The position numbers were made by a program, and so were the translations under genes. A stretch of 64,000 bases of DNA from Rebecca billardiae RCC1528 (lineage: Eukaryota > Protista > Haptophyta). Where the stretch lies: assembly GCA_965240325.2 (NCBI GenBank), contig OZ251227.1, forward strand, positions 2,542,001 through 2,606,000, in the 5' to 3' direction. The notes below the pieces were generated by a model. The model saw nothing but the letters and a program-made list of their open reading frames with translations, did no database searches and was not told the origin of the DNA. Of this stretch, positions 31,901-44,538 are shown piece after piece (the first letter of the stretch is position 1; each line of letters starts with the position of its first letter).

Positions 31901-34900
31901 AGCGCGCGCGTCTCGCGCGCCGACCGCCAGTCACGCCACGACGCGCGCAGCTGCCGATCCGACCAGTGCTCGAACGGCGCCGCGAGCGCGGCCGACGCGG
32001 CGGCACGGCGTGCCGTGTCGTCGCGCCACGCGTCGAACACGCGCCCGACCGGGCCGAACGCAGCGCCGCGCGCCGCCTGCTGCATGAGCGCGCGCTGGCG
32101 CGCGCCGTGCGCCCAGCCGGCAAACGCCAGCCGCGGGCCGCGCTGCTGCCAGCGCTGCGTCGCCGCCAGACGCGCCGACTCGGCGTCCGCGCGCGCACGC
32201 GCAGCAGCCACCCACGCGTGGTACAGCCGCGCGCTCTCGCCGTGCGTGAACGCCTGCACGCCGCGCTGCTGCGTGCGAAGCGCGCGAGCACTCGCGTGCC
32301 AGCCGCGCCACGCCGAGCGCAGCGCGCGCCGCGACCAGTGCTCGAACGGCGTCGCGAGCGCCGCGCGCGCCGCCTCGAGCTCGCGCAGCAGGCCTGCCCA
32401 CGTCGAGAACGCACGCAGCGTCTCGACGTGCGCGAACGCGCGCACACCCGCGAGCGCGAGCGACTGCAAGCGGGCGTGGTCCGCCCACGCGTGGTACAGC
32501 CGCGCGGACTCGCCGTGCATGAACGCCTGCGCTGCGCGCCGCTGCAGATACTCCATGTCGCGCGCCTCGCGCCAGCCGCGCCACGACGCGAGCAACGAGC
32601 GCTGCTCCCAGTGCGACAGCGGCGTCGCCAGGGCGGCCGTCGCCGCGTTGCGCCGCGCCACGTCCTCGCGCCACGCGTCGAAGAGCCGGCCGAGCGCGCC
32701 GTGCGCCGCGCGCCGCGCGGCCTGCTGCATCAGCCCACGCTCGCGTGCAGCTCCGGCCCAGCCGTTGAACGCCGCGATCTCCGCGCGCCGCGCCATGCGC
32801 TCGCTCGCATGCTCCAACGTCGCGAGCGAGGCGCGCGTCTCGCGCGTGTAGTCCGACCACGCGTGGAAGAGCCGCGCAGACTCGCCGTGCGCAAAGCCCT
32901 GCGCCGCGCGCTGGCGGAGCGCGCGCGTCTCGCGCGCCGACCGCCAATCACGCCACGACGCGCGCAGCTGCCGATCCGACCAGTGCTCGAACGGCGCCGC
33001 GAGCGCGGCCGACGCGGCGGCACGGCGAGCCGTGTCGTCGCGCCACGCGTCGAACACGCGCCCGACCGGGCCGAACGCAGCGCCGCGCGCCGCCTGCTGC
33101 ATGAGCGCGCGCTGGCGCGCGCCGTGCGCCCAGCCGGCAAACGCCAGCCGCGGGCCGCGCTGCTGCCAGCGCTGCGTCGCCGCCAGACGCGCCGACTCGG
33201 CGTCCGCGCGCGCACGCGCAGCAGCCACCCACGCGTGGTACAGCCGCGCGCTCTCGCCGTGCGTGAACGCCTGCACGCCGCGCTGCTGCGTGCGCAGCGC
33301 GCGCGCACTCGCGTGCCAGCCGCGCCACGCCGAGCGCAGCGCGCGCCGCGACCAGTGCTCGAACGGCGTCGCGAGCGCCGCGCGCGCCGCCTCGAGCTCG
33401 CGCAGCAGGCCTGCCCACGTCGAGAACGCACGCAGCGTCTCGACGTGCGCGAACGCGCGCACACCCGCGAGCGCGAGCGACTGCAAGCGGGCGTGGTCCG
33501 CCCACGCGTGGTACAGCCGCGCGGACTCGCCGTGCATGAACGCCTGCGCTGCGCGCCGCTGCAGATACTCCATGTCGCGCGCCTCGCGCCAGCCGCGCCA
33601 CGACGCGAGCAACGAGCGCTGCTCCCAGTGCGACAGCGGCGTCGCCAGGGCGGCCGTCGCCGCGTTGCGCCGCGCCACGTCCTCGCGCCACGCGTCGAAG
33701 AGCCGGCCGAGCGCGCCGTGCGCCGCGCGCCGCGCGGCCTGCTGCATCAGCCCACGCTCGCGTGCAGCTCCGGCCCAGCCGTTGAACGCCGCGATCTCCG
33801 CGCGCCGCGCCATGCGCTCGCTCGCATGCTCCAGCACCGCCATCGAATGGAGAATCTCGCGCGTGTAGTCCGACCATGCGTGGAAGAGCCGCGCAGACTC
33901 GCCGTGCGCAAAGCCCTGCGCCGCGCGCTGGCGGAGCGCGCGCGTCTCGCGCGCCGACCGCCAATCACGCCACGACGCGCGCAGCTGCCGATCCGACCAG
34001 TGCTCGAACGGCGCCGCGAGCGCGGCCGACGCGGCGGCACGGCGAGCCGTGTCGTCGCGCCACGCGTCGAACACGCGCCCGACCGGGCCGAACGCAGCGC
34101 CGCGCGCCGCCTGCTGCATGAGCGCGCGCTGGCGCGCGCCGTGCGCCCAGCCGGCAAACGCCAGCCGCGGGCCGCGCTGCTGCCAGCGCTGCGTCGCCGC
34201 CAGACGCGCCGACTCGGCGTCCGCGCGCGCACGCGCAGCAGCCACCCACGCGTGGTACAGCCGCGCGCTCTCGCCGTGCGTGAACGCCTGCACGCCGCGC
34301 TGCTGCGTGCGAAGCGCGCGAGCACTCGCGTGCCAGCCGCGCCACGCCGAGCGCAGCGCGCGCCGCGACCAGTGCTCGAACGGCGTCGCGAGCGCCGCGC
34401 GCGCCGCCTCGAGCTCGCGCAGCACGGTCGCCCATGCGCTGAACGCGCGCAGCGTCGCGCCGTGCGCGAATGCACGCGCACCCGCGAGCGCGAGCGACCG
34501 CGCGCGGGCGTGGTCCGCCCACGCGTGGTACAGCCGCGCGGACTCGCCGTGCATGAACGCCTGCGCCGCGCGCCGCTGCAGATACTCCATGTCGCGCGCC
34601 TCGCGCCAGCCGCGCCACGACGCGAGCAACGAGCGCTGCTCCCAGTGCGACAGCGGCGTCGCCAGGGCGGCCATCGCCGCGTTGCGCCGCGCCACGTCCT
34701 CGCGCCACGCGTCGAAGAGCCGGCCGAGCGCGCCGTGCGCCGCGCGCCGCGCGGCCTGCTGCATCAGCCCACGCTCGCGTGCAGCTCCGGCCCAGCCGTT
34801 GAACGCCGCGATCTCCGCGCGCCGCGCCATGCGCTCGCTCGCATGCTCCAACGTCGCGAGCGAGGCGCGCGTCTCGCGCGTGTAGTCCGACCACGCGTGG

Positions 34901-37900
34901 AAGAGCCGCGCAGACTCGCCGTGCGCAAAGCCCTGCGCCGCGCGCTGGCGGAGCGCGCGCGTCTCGCGCGCCGACCGCCAGTCACGCCACGACGCGCGCA
35001 GCTGCCGATCCGACCAGTGCTCGAACGGCGCCGCCAGCGCGGCCGACGCGGCGGCACGGCGAGCCGTGTCGTCGCGCCACGCGTCGAACAAACGCCCGAC
35101 CGGGCCGAACGCAGCGCCGCGCGCCGCCTGCTGCATGAGCGCGCGCTGGCGCGCGCCGTGCGCCCAGCCGGCAAACGCCAGCCGCGGGCCGCGCTGCTGC
35201 CAGCGCTGCGTCGCCGCCAGACGCGCCGACTCAGCGTCCGCGCGCGCACGCGCAGCAGCCACCCACGCGTGGTACAGCCGCGCGCTCTCGCCGTGCGTGA
35301 ACGCCTGCACGCCGCGCTGCTGCGTGCGCAGCGCGCGCGCACTCGCGTGCCAGCCGCGCCACGCCGAGCGCAGCGCGCGCCGCGACCAGTGCTTGAACGG
35401 CGTCGCGAGCGCCGCGCGCGCCGCCTCGAGCTCGCGCAGCACGGTCGCCCATGCGCTGAACGCGCGCAGCGTCGCGCCGTGCGCGAATGCACGCGCACCC
35501 GCGAGCGCGAGCGACCGCGCGCGGGCGTGGTCCGCCCACGCGTGGTACAGCCGCGCGCTCTCGCCGTGCAGGAACGCCTGCGCTGCGCGCCGCTGCAGAT
35601 ACTCCATGTCGCGCGCCTCGCGCCAGCCGCGCCACGACGCGAGCAACGAGCGCTGCTCCCAGTGCGACAGCGGCGTCGCCAGGGCGGCCGTCGCCGCGTT
35701 GCGCCGCGCCACGTCCTCGCGCCACGCGTCGAAGAGCCGGCCGAGCGCGCCGTGCGCCGCGCGCCGCGCGGCCTGCTGCATCAGCCCACGCTCGCGTGCA
35801 GCTCCGGCCCAGCCGTTGAACGCCGCGATCTCCGCGCGCCGCGCCATGCGCCCACTCGCATGCTCCAGCACCGCCATCGAATGGAGAATCTCGCGCGTGT
35901 AGTCCGACCATGCGTGGAAGAGCCGCGCAGACTCGCCGTGCGCAAAGCCCTGCGCCGCGCGCTGGCGGAGCGCGCGCGTCTCGCGCGCCGACCGCCAATC
36001 ACGCCACGACGCGCGCAGCTGCCGATCCGACCAGTGCTCGAACGGCGCCGCGAGCGCGGCCGACGCGGCGGCACGGCGAGCCGTGTCGTCGCGCCACGCG
36101 TCGAACAAACGCCCGACCGGGCCGAACGCAGCGCCGCGCGCCGCCTGCTGCATGAGCGCGCGCTGGCGCGCGCCGTGCGCCCAGCCGGCAAACGCCAGCC
36201 GCGGGCCGCGCTGCTGCCAGCGCTGCGTCGCCGCCAGACGCGCCGACTCGGCGTCCGCGCGCGCACGCGCAGCAGCCACCCACGCGTGGTACAGCCGCGC
36301 GCTCTCGCCGTGCGTGAACGCCTGCACGCCGCGCTGCTGCGTGCGAAGCGCGCGAGCACTCGCGTGCCAGCCGCGCCACGCCGAGCGCAGCGCGCGCCGC
36401 GACCAGTGCTCGAACGGCGTCGCGAGCGCCGCGCGCGCCGCCTCGAGCTCGCGCAGCAGGCCTGCCCACGTCGAGAACGCACGCAGCGTCTCGACGTGCG
36501 CGAACGCGCGCACGCCCGCGAGCGCGAGCGACCGCGCGCGGGCGTGGTCCGCCCACGCGTGGTACAGCCGCGCGGACTCGCCGTGCAGGAACGCCTGCGC
36601 TGCGCGCCGCTGCAGATACTCCATGTCGCGCGCCTCGCGCCAGCCGCGCCACGACGCGAGCAACGAGCGCTGCTCCCAGTGCGACAGCGGCGTCGCCAGG
36701 GCGGCCGTCGCCGCGTTGCGCCGCGCCACGTCCTCGCGCCACGCGTCGAAGAGCCGGCCGAGCGCGCCGTGCGCCGCGCGCCGCGCGGCCTGCTGCATCA
36801 GCCCACGCTCGCGTGCAGCTCCGGCCCAGCCGTTGAACGCCGCGATCTCCGCGCGCCGCGCCATGCGCCCACTCGCATGCTCCAGCACCGCCATCGAATG
36901 GAGAATCTCGCGCGTGTAGTCCGACCATGCGTGGAAGAGCCGCGCAGACTCGCCGTGCGCAAAGCCCTGCGCCGCGCGCTGGCGGAGCGCGCGCGTCTCG
37001 CGCGCCGACCGCCAATCACGCCACGACGCGCGCAGCTGCCGATCCGACCAGTGCTCGAACGGCGCCGCGAGCGCGGCCGACGCGGCGGCACGGTGTGCCG
37101 TGTCGTCGCGCCACGCGTCGAACAAACGCCCGACCGGGCCGAACGCAGCGCCGCGCGCCGCCTGCTGCATGAGCGCGCGCTGGCGCGCGCCGTGCGCCCA
37201 GCCGGCAAACGCCAGCCGCGGGCCGCGCTGCTGCCAGCGCTGCGTCGCCGCCAGACGCGCCGACTCGGCGTCCGCGCGCGCACGCGCAGCAGCCACCCAC
37301 GCGTGGTACAGCCGCGCGCTCTCGCCGTGCGTGAACGCCTGCACGCCGCGCTGCTGCGTGCGAAGCGCGCGAGCACTCGCGTGCCAGCCGCGCCACGCCG
37401 AGCGCAGCGCGCGCCGCGACCAGTGCTCGAACGGCGTCGCGAGCGCCGCGCGCGCCGCCTCGAGCTCGCGCAGCACGGTCGCCCATGCGCTGAACGCGCG
37501 CAGCGTCGCGCCGTGCGCGAATGCACGCGCACCGGCGAGCGCGAGCGACCGCGCGCGGGCGTGGTCCGCCCACGCGTGGTACAGCCGCGCGCTCTCGCCG
37601 TGCAGGAACGCCTGCGCTGCGCGCCGCTGCAGATACTCCATGTCGCGCGCCTCGCGCCAGCCGCGCCACGACGCGAGCAACGAGCGCTGCTCCCAGTGCG
37701 ACAGCGGCGTCGCCAGGGCGGCCATCGCCGCGTTGCGCCGCGCCACGTCCTCGCGCCACGCGTCGAAGAGCCGGCCGAGCGCGCCGTGCGCCGCGCGCCG
37801 CGCGGCCTGCTGCATCAGCCCACGCTCGCGTGCAGCTCCGGCCCAGCCGTTGAACGCCGCGATCTCCGCGCGCCGCGCCATGCGCTCGCTCGCATGCTCC

Positions 37901-40900
37901 AACGTCGCGAGCGAGGCGCGCGTCTCGCGCGTGTAGTCCGACCACGCGTGGAAGAGCCGCGCAGACTCGCCGTGCGCAAAGCCCTGCGCCGCGCGCTGGC
38001 GGAGCGCGCGCGTCTCGCGCGCCGACCGCCAATCACGCCACGACGCGCGCAGCTGCCGATCCGACCAGTGCTCGAACGGCGCCGCCAGCGCGGCCGACGC
38101 GGCGGCACGGCGAGCCGTGTCGTCGCGCCACGCGTCGAACAAACGCCCGACCGGGCCGAACGCAGCGCCGCGCGCCGCCTGCTGCATGAGCGCGCGCTGG
38201 CGCGCGCCGTGCGCCCAGCCGGCAAACGCCAGCCGCGGGCCGCGCTGCTGCCAGCGCTGCGTCGCCGCCAGACGCGCCGACTCAGCGTCCGCGCGCGCAC
38301 GCGCAGCAGCCACCCACGCGTGGTACAGCCGCGCGCTCTCGCCGTGCGTGAACGCCTGCACGCCGCGCTGCTGCGTGCGCAGCGCGCGCGCACTCGCGTG
38401 CCAGCCGCGCCACGCCGAGCGCAGCGCGCGCCGCGACCAGTGCTTGAACGGCGTCGCGAGCGCCGCGCGCGCCGCCTCGAGCTCGCGCAGCACGGTCGCC
38501 CATGCGCTGAACGCGCGCAGCGTCGCGCCGTGCGCGAATGCACGCGCACCCGCGAGCGCGAGCGACCGCGCGCGGGCGTGGTCCGCCCACGCGTGGTACA
38601 GCCGCGCGGACTCGCCGTGCATGAACGCCTGCGCTGCGCGCCGCTGCAGATACTCCATGTCGCGCGCCTCGCGCCAGCCGCGCCACGACGCGCGCAGCGA
38701 GCGCTGCGCCCAGCTGCTCACGGGGTCTGCGAGCAGACGCTGCGCCGAGCGCCGTGCGCGTGCGCTCGCGCGCCACGCGTCGAAGAGCCGCGCCGACGCG
38801 CCGTGCGCCCAGCTGCGCGTGCTGCCGCGCAGCAGCTCGCGTTCGCGCGCGCCGCCCGCCCAGCGGCCAAACGCGGCGTGGAGCGCGCGCTGCGACCAGC
38901 GCATCACGCCGGAGGCGAGCGCGGCCCTCGCCTCGTCGCGTGCGCGGGCAGCCGCGGCCCACGCGTGATACAGCCGCGCGGTCTCGCCGCGCGCAAACGC
39001 CTGCGCCGCGCGCCGCTGCGCGATGTGCACGTCACGCGCCTCCGCCCAGCCGCGCCACGACGCGCGCAGCGAGCGCTGCGCCCAGTGCGAGATCGGGCGC
39101 GAGAGCGCGGCCACGGCGGCGTTGCGCCGCGCCAAGTCGTCGCGCCAGACGTCGAAGAGGCGGCCGAGCGCGCCGTGCGCTGCGCGCCGCACCGCGAGCC
39201 GCATGAGCCCGCGCGAGCGCGCGCCGTGCGCCCAGCCGCCAAACGCGGCGTGCAGCGCGCGCTGCGACCACCGACCCGCGGCGGGCTCGAGCAGCGACAG
39301 CGCGTCGCGCACGGCGCGCGCCGCGCGCGACCAGCGGTGATAGAGCCGCGCGGACTCGCCGAATGTGAAGGACTGGAGCGCGCGCCGCGTGAGACCACGC
39401 TGGCGGGCCGCGCCGCGCCAGCCTCGCCACGCGGAGTGCAGCGCCCGCTGCACCCAGCTGCTCAGCGGGTCTGCGAGCGCGCGCCGCGCCGAGCGCGCCG
39501 CGCGAGTGCTTGCGCGCCACGCGTCGAAGAGCCGCGCCGCCGCGCCGTGCGCCCAGTCGCGCGCCGAGCGGCGCAGCAGCGCGCGCCCGCGCGCGTTCTC
39601 CGCCCAGCCGCCGAGCGCGAACGCCTGCGAGCGCTGCGACCAGCGGCCGAGCGCGCTCTCGACGAGCGCGAGCGCCGACACGCGCGCGCGGGCCTGGTCC
39701 GCCCACGCGTGGTACAGCCGCGCGGACTCGCCGTGCAAGAACGCCTGCGCCGCGCGCCGCTGCACAAAGTGCATGTCGCGCGCCTCGCGCCAGCCGCGCC
39801 ACGACGCGAGTAGCGAGCGCTGCGCCCAATGCGAGAGCGGGCGAGAGAGCGCGGCCACGGCCGCGTTGCGACGCCGGTGGTCGTCGCGCCAGACGTCGAA
39901 GAGGCGGCCGAGCGCGCCGTGCGCCGCGCGCCGCACCGCGAGCCGCATGAGCCCGCGCGAGCGCGCGCCGTGCGCCCAGCCGCCAAACGCGGCGTGGAGC
40001 GAACGCTGCGACCACCGACCCGCGGCGGGCTCGAGCAGCGACAGTGCAGCCGAGCGCGCGCGCGCCGCCTCCGCCCACGCGTGGTACAGCCGCGCCGACT
40101 CGCCGTGCGCAAAGCCCTGCGCCGCGCGCCGCTGCACAAGGCGCACGTCGCGCGCCTCGCGCCAGCCGCGCCACGACGCGAGCAGCGAGCGCTGCGCCCA
40201 GTGCGACAGCGGCGTCGCCAGGGCGGCCGTCGCCGCGTTGCGCCGCGCCACGTCCTCGCGCCACGCGTCGAAGAGCCGGCCGAGCGCGCCGTGCGCCGCG
40301 CGCCGCACCGCGAGCCGCATGAGCGCGCGCGAGCGCGCGCCGTGCGCCCAGCCGCCAAACGCGGCGTGGAGCGCGCGCTGCGACCACCGACCCGCGGCGG
40401 GCTCGAGCAGCGACAGCGCCGCCGAGCGCGCGCGCGCCGCCTCCGCCCACGCGTGGTACAGCCGCGCCGACTCGCCGCGCGCAAACGCCTGCGCCGCGCG
40501 CCGCTGCAGCGCGCGCCGGCGCTGGCCGGCGCACCAGCCGTCAAAGGCGGCGTGCGCCGCACGGCGCGACCAGTGGGCGAGCGGCGTGCTCAGCACGAGC
40601 CGCGCGCGCCGCGCGGCGCGCGCGGCGTCGCGCCAGTCGCCGAGCGCGCGCGCCGTCGAGCCGTGGGCGAACGAGCGCGCGCCAGCGAGCGCGAGCGCGC
40701 GAGAGCGCGCCACGCTCGCCCACCGGTGGAACAGCCGGCCGCGCTCGGCCTGCGCAAACGTGCGACCGCAGAGGGCGCACAGCGCGCGCAGCCGCGCCGC
40801 GCTGCGCCAGCCGCGCCACGAGCCGCCAAGCGTGCGCCGGCTCCAGTGCGCGAGCGGCGACGCGAGCGCGCGCCGCGCCGAGCGCGCCGCGCGAGTGCTC

Positions 40901-43900
40901 GCGCGCCACGCGTCGAAGAGCCGCACCGCCGCGCCGTGCGCCCAGTCGCGCGCCGAGCGGCGCAGCAGCGCGCGCCCGCGCGCGTTCTCCGCCCAGCCGC
41001 CGAGCGCGAACGCCTGCGAGCGCTGCGACCAGCGGCCGAGCGCGCTCTCGACGAGCGCGAGCGCCGACACGCGCGCGCGGGCCTGGTCCGCCCACGCGTG
41101 GTACAGCCGCGCGGACTCGCCGTGCAAGAACGCCTGCGCCGCGCGCCGCTGCACAAAGTGCATGTCGCGCGCCTCGCGCCAGCCGCGCCACGACGCGAGT
41201 AGCGAGCGCTGCGCCCAATGCGAGAGCGGGCGAGAGAGCGCGGCCACGGCCGCGTTGCGACGCCGGTGGTCGTCGCGCCAGACGTCGAAGAGGCGGCCGA
41301 GCGCGCCGTGCGCCGCGCGCCGCACCGCGAGCCGCATGAGCCCGCGCGAGCGCGCGCCGTGCGCCCAGCCGCCAAACGCGGCGTGGAGCGAACGCTGCGA
41401 CCACCGACCCGCGGCCGGCTCGAGCAGCGACAGTGCAGCCGAGCGCGCGCGCGCCGCCTCCGCCCACGCGTGGTACAGCCGCGCCGACTCGCCGTGCGCA
41501 AAGCCCTGCGCCGCGCGCCGCTGCACAAGGCGCACGTCGCGCGCCTCGCGCCAGCCGCGCCACGACGCGAGCAGCGAGCGCTGCGCCCAGTGCGACAGCG
41601 GCGTCGCCAGGGCGGCCGTCGCCGCGTTGCGCCGCGCCACGTCCTCGCGCCACGCGTCGAAGAGCCGGCCGAGCGCGCCGTGCGCCGCGCGCCGCACCGC
41701 GAGCCGCATGAGCGCGCGCGAGCGCGCGCCGTGCGCCCAGCCGCCAAACGCGGCGTGGAGCGCGCGCTGCGACCACCGACCCGTGGCGGGCTCGAGCAGC
41801 GACAGCGCCGCCGAGCGCGCGCGCGCCGCCTCCGCCCACGCGTGGTACAGCCGCGCCGACTCGCCGCGCGCAAACGCCTGCGCCGCGCGCCGCTGCAGCG
41901 CGCGCCGGCGCTGGCCGGCGCACCAGCCGTCAAAGGCGGCGTGCGCCGCGCGGCGCGACCAGTGGGCGAGCGGCGTGCTCAGCACGAGCCGCGCGCGCCG
42001 CGCGGCGCGCGCGGCGTCGCGCCAGTCGCCGAGCGCGCGCGCCGTCGAGCCGTGGGCGAACGAGCGCGCGCCCGCGAGCGCGAGCGCGCGCGAGCGCGCC
42101 ACGCTCGCCCACCGGTGGAACAGCCGGCCGCGCTCGGCCTGCGCAAACGTGCGACCACAGAGGGCGCACAGCGCGCGCAGCCGCGCCGCGCTGCGCCAGC
42201 CGCGCCACGAGCCGCCAAGCGTGCGCCGGCTCCAGTGCGCGAGCGGCGACGCGAGCGCGCGCCGCGCCGAGCGCGCCGCGCGAGTGCTCGCGCGCCACGC
42301 GTCGAAGAGCCGCGCCGCCGCGCCGTGCGCCCAGTCGCGCGCCGAGCGGCGCAGCAGCGCGCGCCCGCGCGCGTTCTCCGCCCAGCCGCCGAGCGCGAAC
42401 GCCTGCGAGCGCATCGACCAGCGGCCGAGCGCGGCGTCGAGCGCCGCGCGCGCGGCGGCGCGCGCGGCCGCGGCGGTGACCCACGCGCGCAGCGCGCGCG
42501 CGCGCGCGCCGCCGCCGAGCGCGCGCGCGCCGTGCAGCGCGGCCGCGCGCAGCCGCGCCGCGCCGCGCCAGCCGGCCCACGAGCCGCGCAGCGCGCGCCG
42601 GCTCCAGTGCGCGAGCGGGCGCGAGAGCGCGGCGCGGCCGGCGGCGCGGCGCGCGACGGCGCCCGCCCACGCGTCCAGCGCGCGGCCGAGCGCGCCGCCC
42701 GCCCAGCGCGCGAGCGCCAGCTGCAGCGCCGCGCGCGAGAAGGCGCCGAGCGCGAATGCGTCGAAGGCCGCGTGCTGCGCGCGCCGCGCCCAGCGGCCAG
42801 CCGCGCGCGCGCCGAGGGCGCGTCCGGGCGCGCGCGCGGCCACGCGCGCCGCCCACGCGCGGAAGAGGCGCGAGGACTCGCTGCCGAGGAAGGCGCGCGC
42901 GGCGCGCAGCCGCAGCGCGCGGCGCGCGGCCGCGGCGCGCCACGTGCGCCACGCGCGCGCGGCCGAGTGCCGCGCCCAGTGCGCGAGCGTGCCGCCGAGC
43001 GCGGCGCGCGCGGCGGCCGCGGCGCGCCACCGCTCGCGCCACCGCCGCCACGCCTCCCTCGCGCGCGTGCGCGGCGCCGCGGCGGCGCCGAGGCGGCGCG
43101 CGGCTCGCGCGGCGCGCGCGCTCGCCGCCCAGTGGCGGAAGAGCCGCGCGCGCTCGCCGTGCGCGAACGCGCGCGCCGCGCGCCGCAGCAGCGCGCGCGG
43201 CGGCGGCCGGCGCGCCAGCCACGCCGCCCACGCGCCGCGCACGCGCCGCGCGGCGAGGTGGTGCCGCGCGGCGCGCGCGGCGCGGCGCGCGGCGTGGCGC
43301 GCGCGCGCGCACGCGCGCCACGCGCGCGTGCCGCGCGCGCACGCCGCGTGCCGCCAGCGCGCCGCCGCCGTGCGCCACACGAGCCGCGTGCCCGTGGCCG
43401 CCGCCCACGCGCGCCACGCGGCGAGCGCGCCCGCCAGCTCGACGCGTGCGCCGGCCGAAGCCTCGCGCACGAGCAGCGAGAGCTGCTCGGCGCTGGCGCG
43501 GCGCCAGGCGTCGAAGGCGCGCGCGCGCGCGCCGCCGCCGAGCGCGGCGGCCGCCGTGCGCGCCGTGCGCAGGCTGCGCCGCCGCGCGCTCAGCGCGGCC
43601 CACGCGGCCCACGCGCGCGCGGAGCCGCCCGACGCCCAGTGGCGCGCGGCGGCGCGCGCGGTGTCGCGCTGCGCGGCGCGGCGCACCGCTCGGCGCGCCC
43701 AGCCCTCGAACGCGCGCAGCAGCGCGCCCGAGCGCAGCTCGGCGAGCGAGACGCCGAGCAGCACGCGCCGGAACGCCGTGCGGTACAGCCGGCCCCACGC
43801 GCGGAACAGCGCGCCGTGCCGCCAGCGCAGCAGCGCGGCCTCGAGCGCGGCGCGCGCGAGGCGCGCGCGCTCGTGCGCGCCGCGCCACGCTTCTAAGGCC

Positions 43901-44133
43901 GACGCGGTCGAGGCGGCGCGCCAGCGCTGCGCGCCCGCGAGCAGCAGGTGGCGCGCGCGCGCCGCGAGCGCCCAGCGCCCGAGCGCCTCGGCGGCCGCGT
44001 CGGCGCGCCACGCCGCCACGCCGCCGGCCAGCAGGCGCGCGCCGCGCGCCGCCTCTCGCCAGCGCGAGAAGGCGGCGCGCGTGCGGCGCACGCCCGCGCG
44101 GAACACACGCACACTCACAGACACAGCACTCAT
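25974..44133 (-). CDS. Giant Sfi1-like repeat protein B (~6005 aa; putative centrin-binding filament); exons 44133-26327, 26184-25974
   Basis: Uninterrupted Ala/Arg-rich helical ORF with (F/W/Y)xxW every 29 or 33 aa, matching the Sfi1 consensus style Ax7LLx3F/Lx2W(K/R). Terminal intron 26326-26185 (GTGCGT...TCGCAG) leads to a poly-Glu tail and TGA. The first ATG is at 44133 if this is a separate gene. Confidence 0.75.
29510..38692 (-). repeat. 9 tandem copies of a 1017-bp (339-aa) coding super-repeat
   Basis: Equivalent shadow ORFs recur at 29981, 30998, 32015, 33032, 34049, 35066, 36083, 37100 and 38117 (period 1017). Confidence 0.97.
39473..42412 (-). repeat. ~2.1 tandem copies of a 1389-bp (463-aa) coding unit
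   Basis: Offsets 39829/41218, 40044/41433 and 40541/41930. Confidence 0.93.
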
Positions 44134-44514
44134 CACGCGCGCGGCCTGAGACGTCGAGTGGCCACGCAGAGCGCGCGCGTGGCGCGGTTGAGCGCGCGCG
44201 GCGGCGCGCGGGCGTGCGCCGTGCCGCTTCCTTCCCCCGCTCCCCAGCCCTCCTCCCTCCCTGCCCCCGCGTGCACGCCGCAGCGCACGCGCCCACACAC
44301 GGACTGGCGTGTCGTGGGTGCGGGCGTGTGCGCGCGTGCATGTGCACGCGTGTGTGTCGTGTGTGCGTGTGCGTCGCGCGGGCGGCCCATCCCCGGCCGC
44401 CCGCGCGCGCCCCCTCCCCGCCCCGCGTGCGCGCCGCCCCCGAGCAGCCCCGCGGGCGAGCGGTCGAGCGGCCCCCGCTGGGCTGGGCCCGCCCGCCCGC
44501 CCAACCCACCCCAA

Positions 44515-44534
44515 CCCTAACCCCCTAACCCTAA
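44515..44534 (-). repeat. Short interstitial telomere-like (TTAGGG)3 tract within a G-run cluster
   Basis: CCCTAA at 44515-20, 44523-28 and 44529-34 on the + strand. Confidence 0.8.
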
Positions 44535-44538
44535 CCCC

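Noticed and set aside
44515-44534. TTAGGG tract as a chromosome end or fusion scar
   Set aside because: Only three copies, one orientation, and related coding sequence on both sides.
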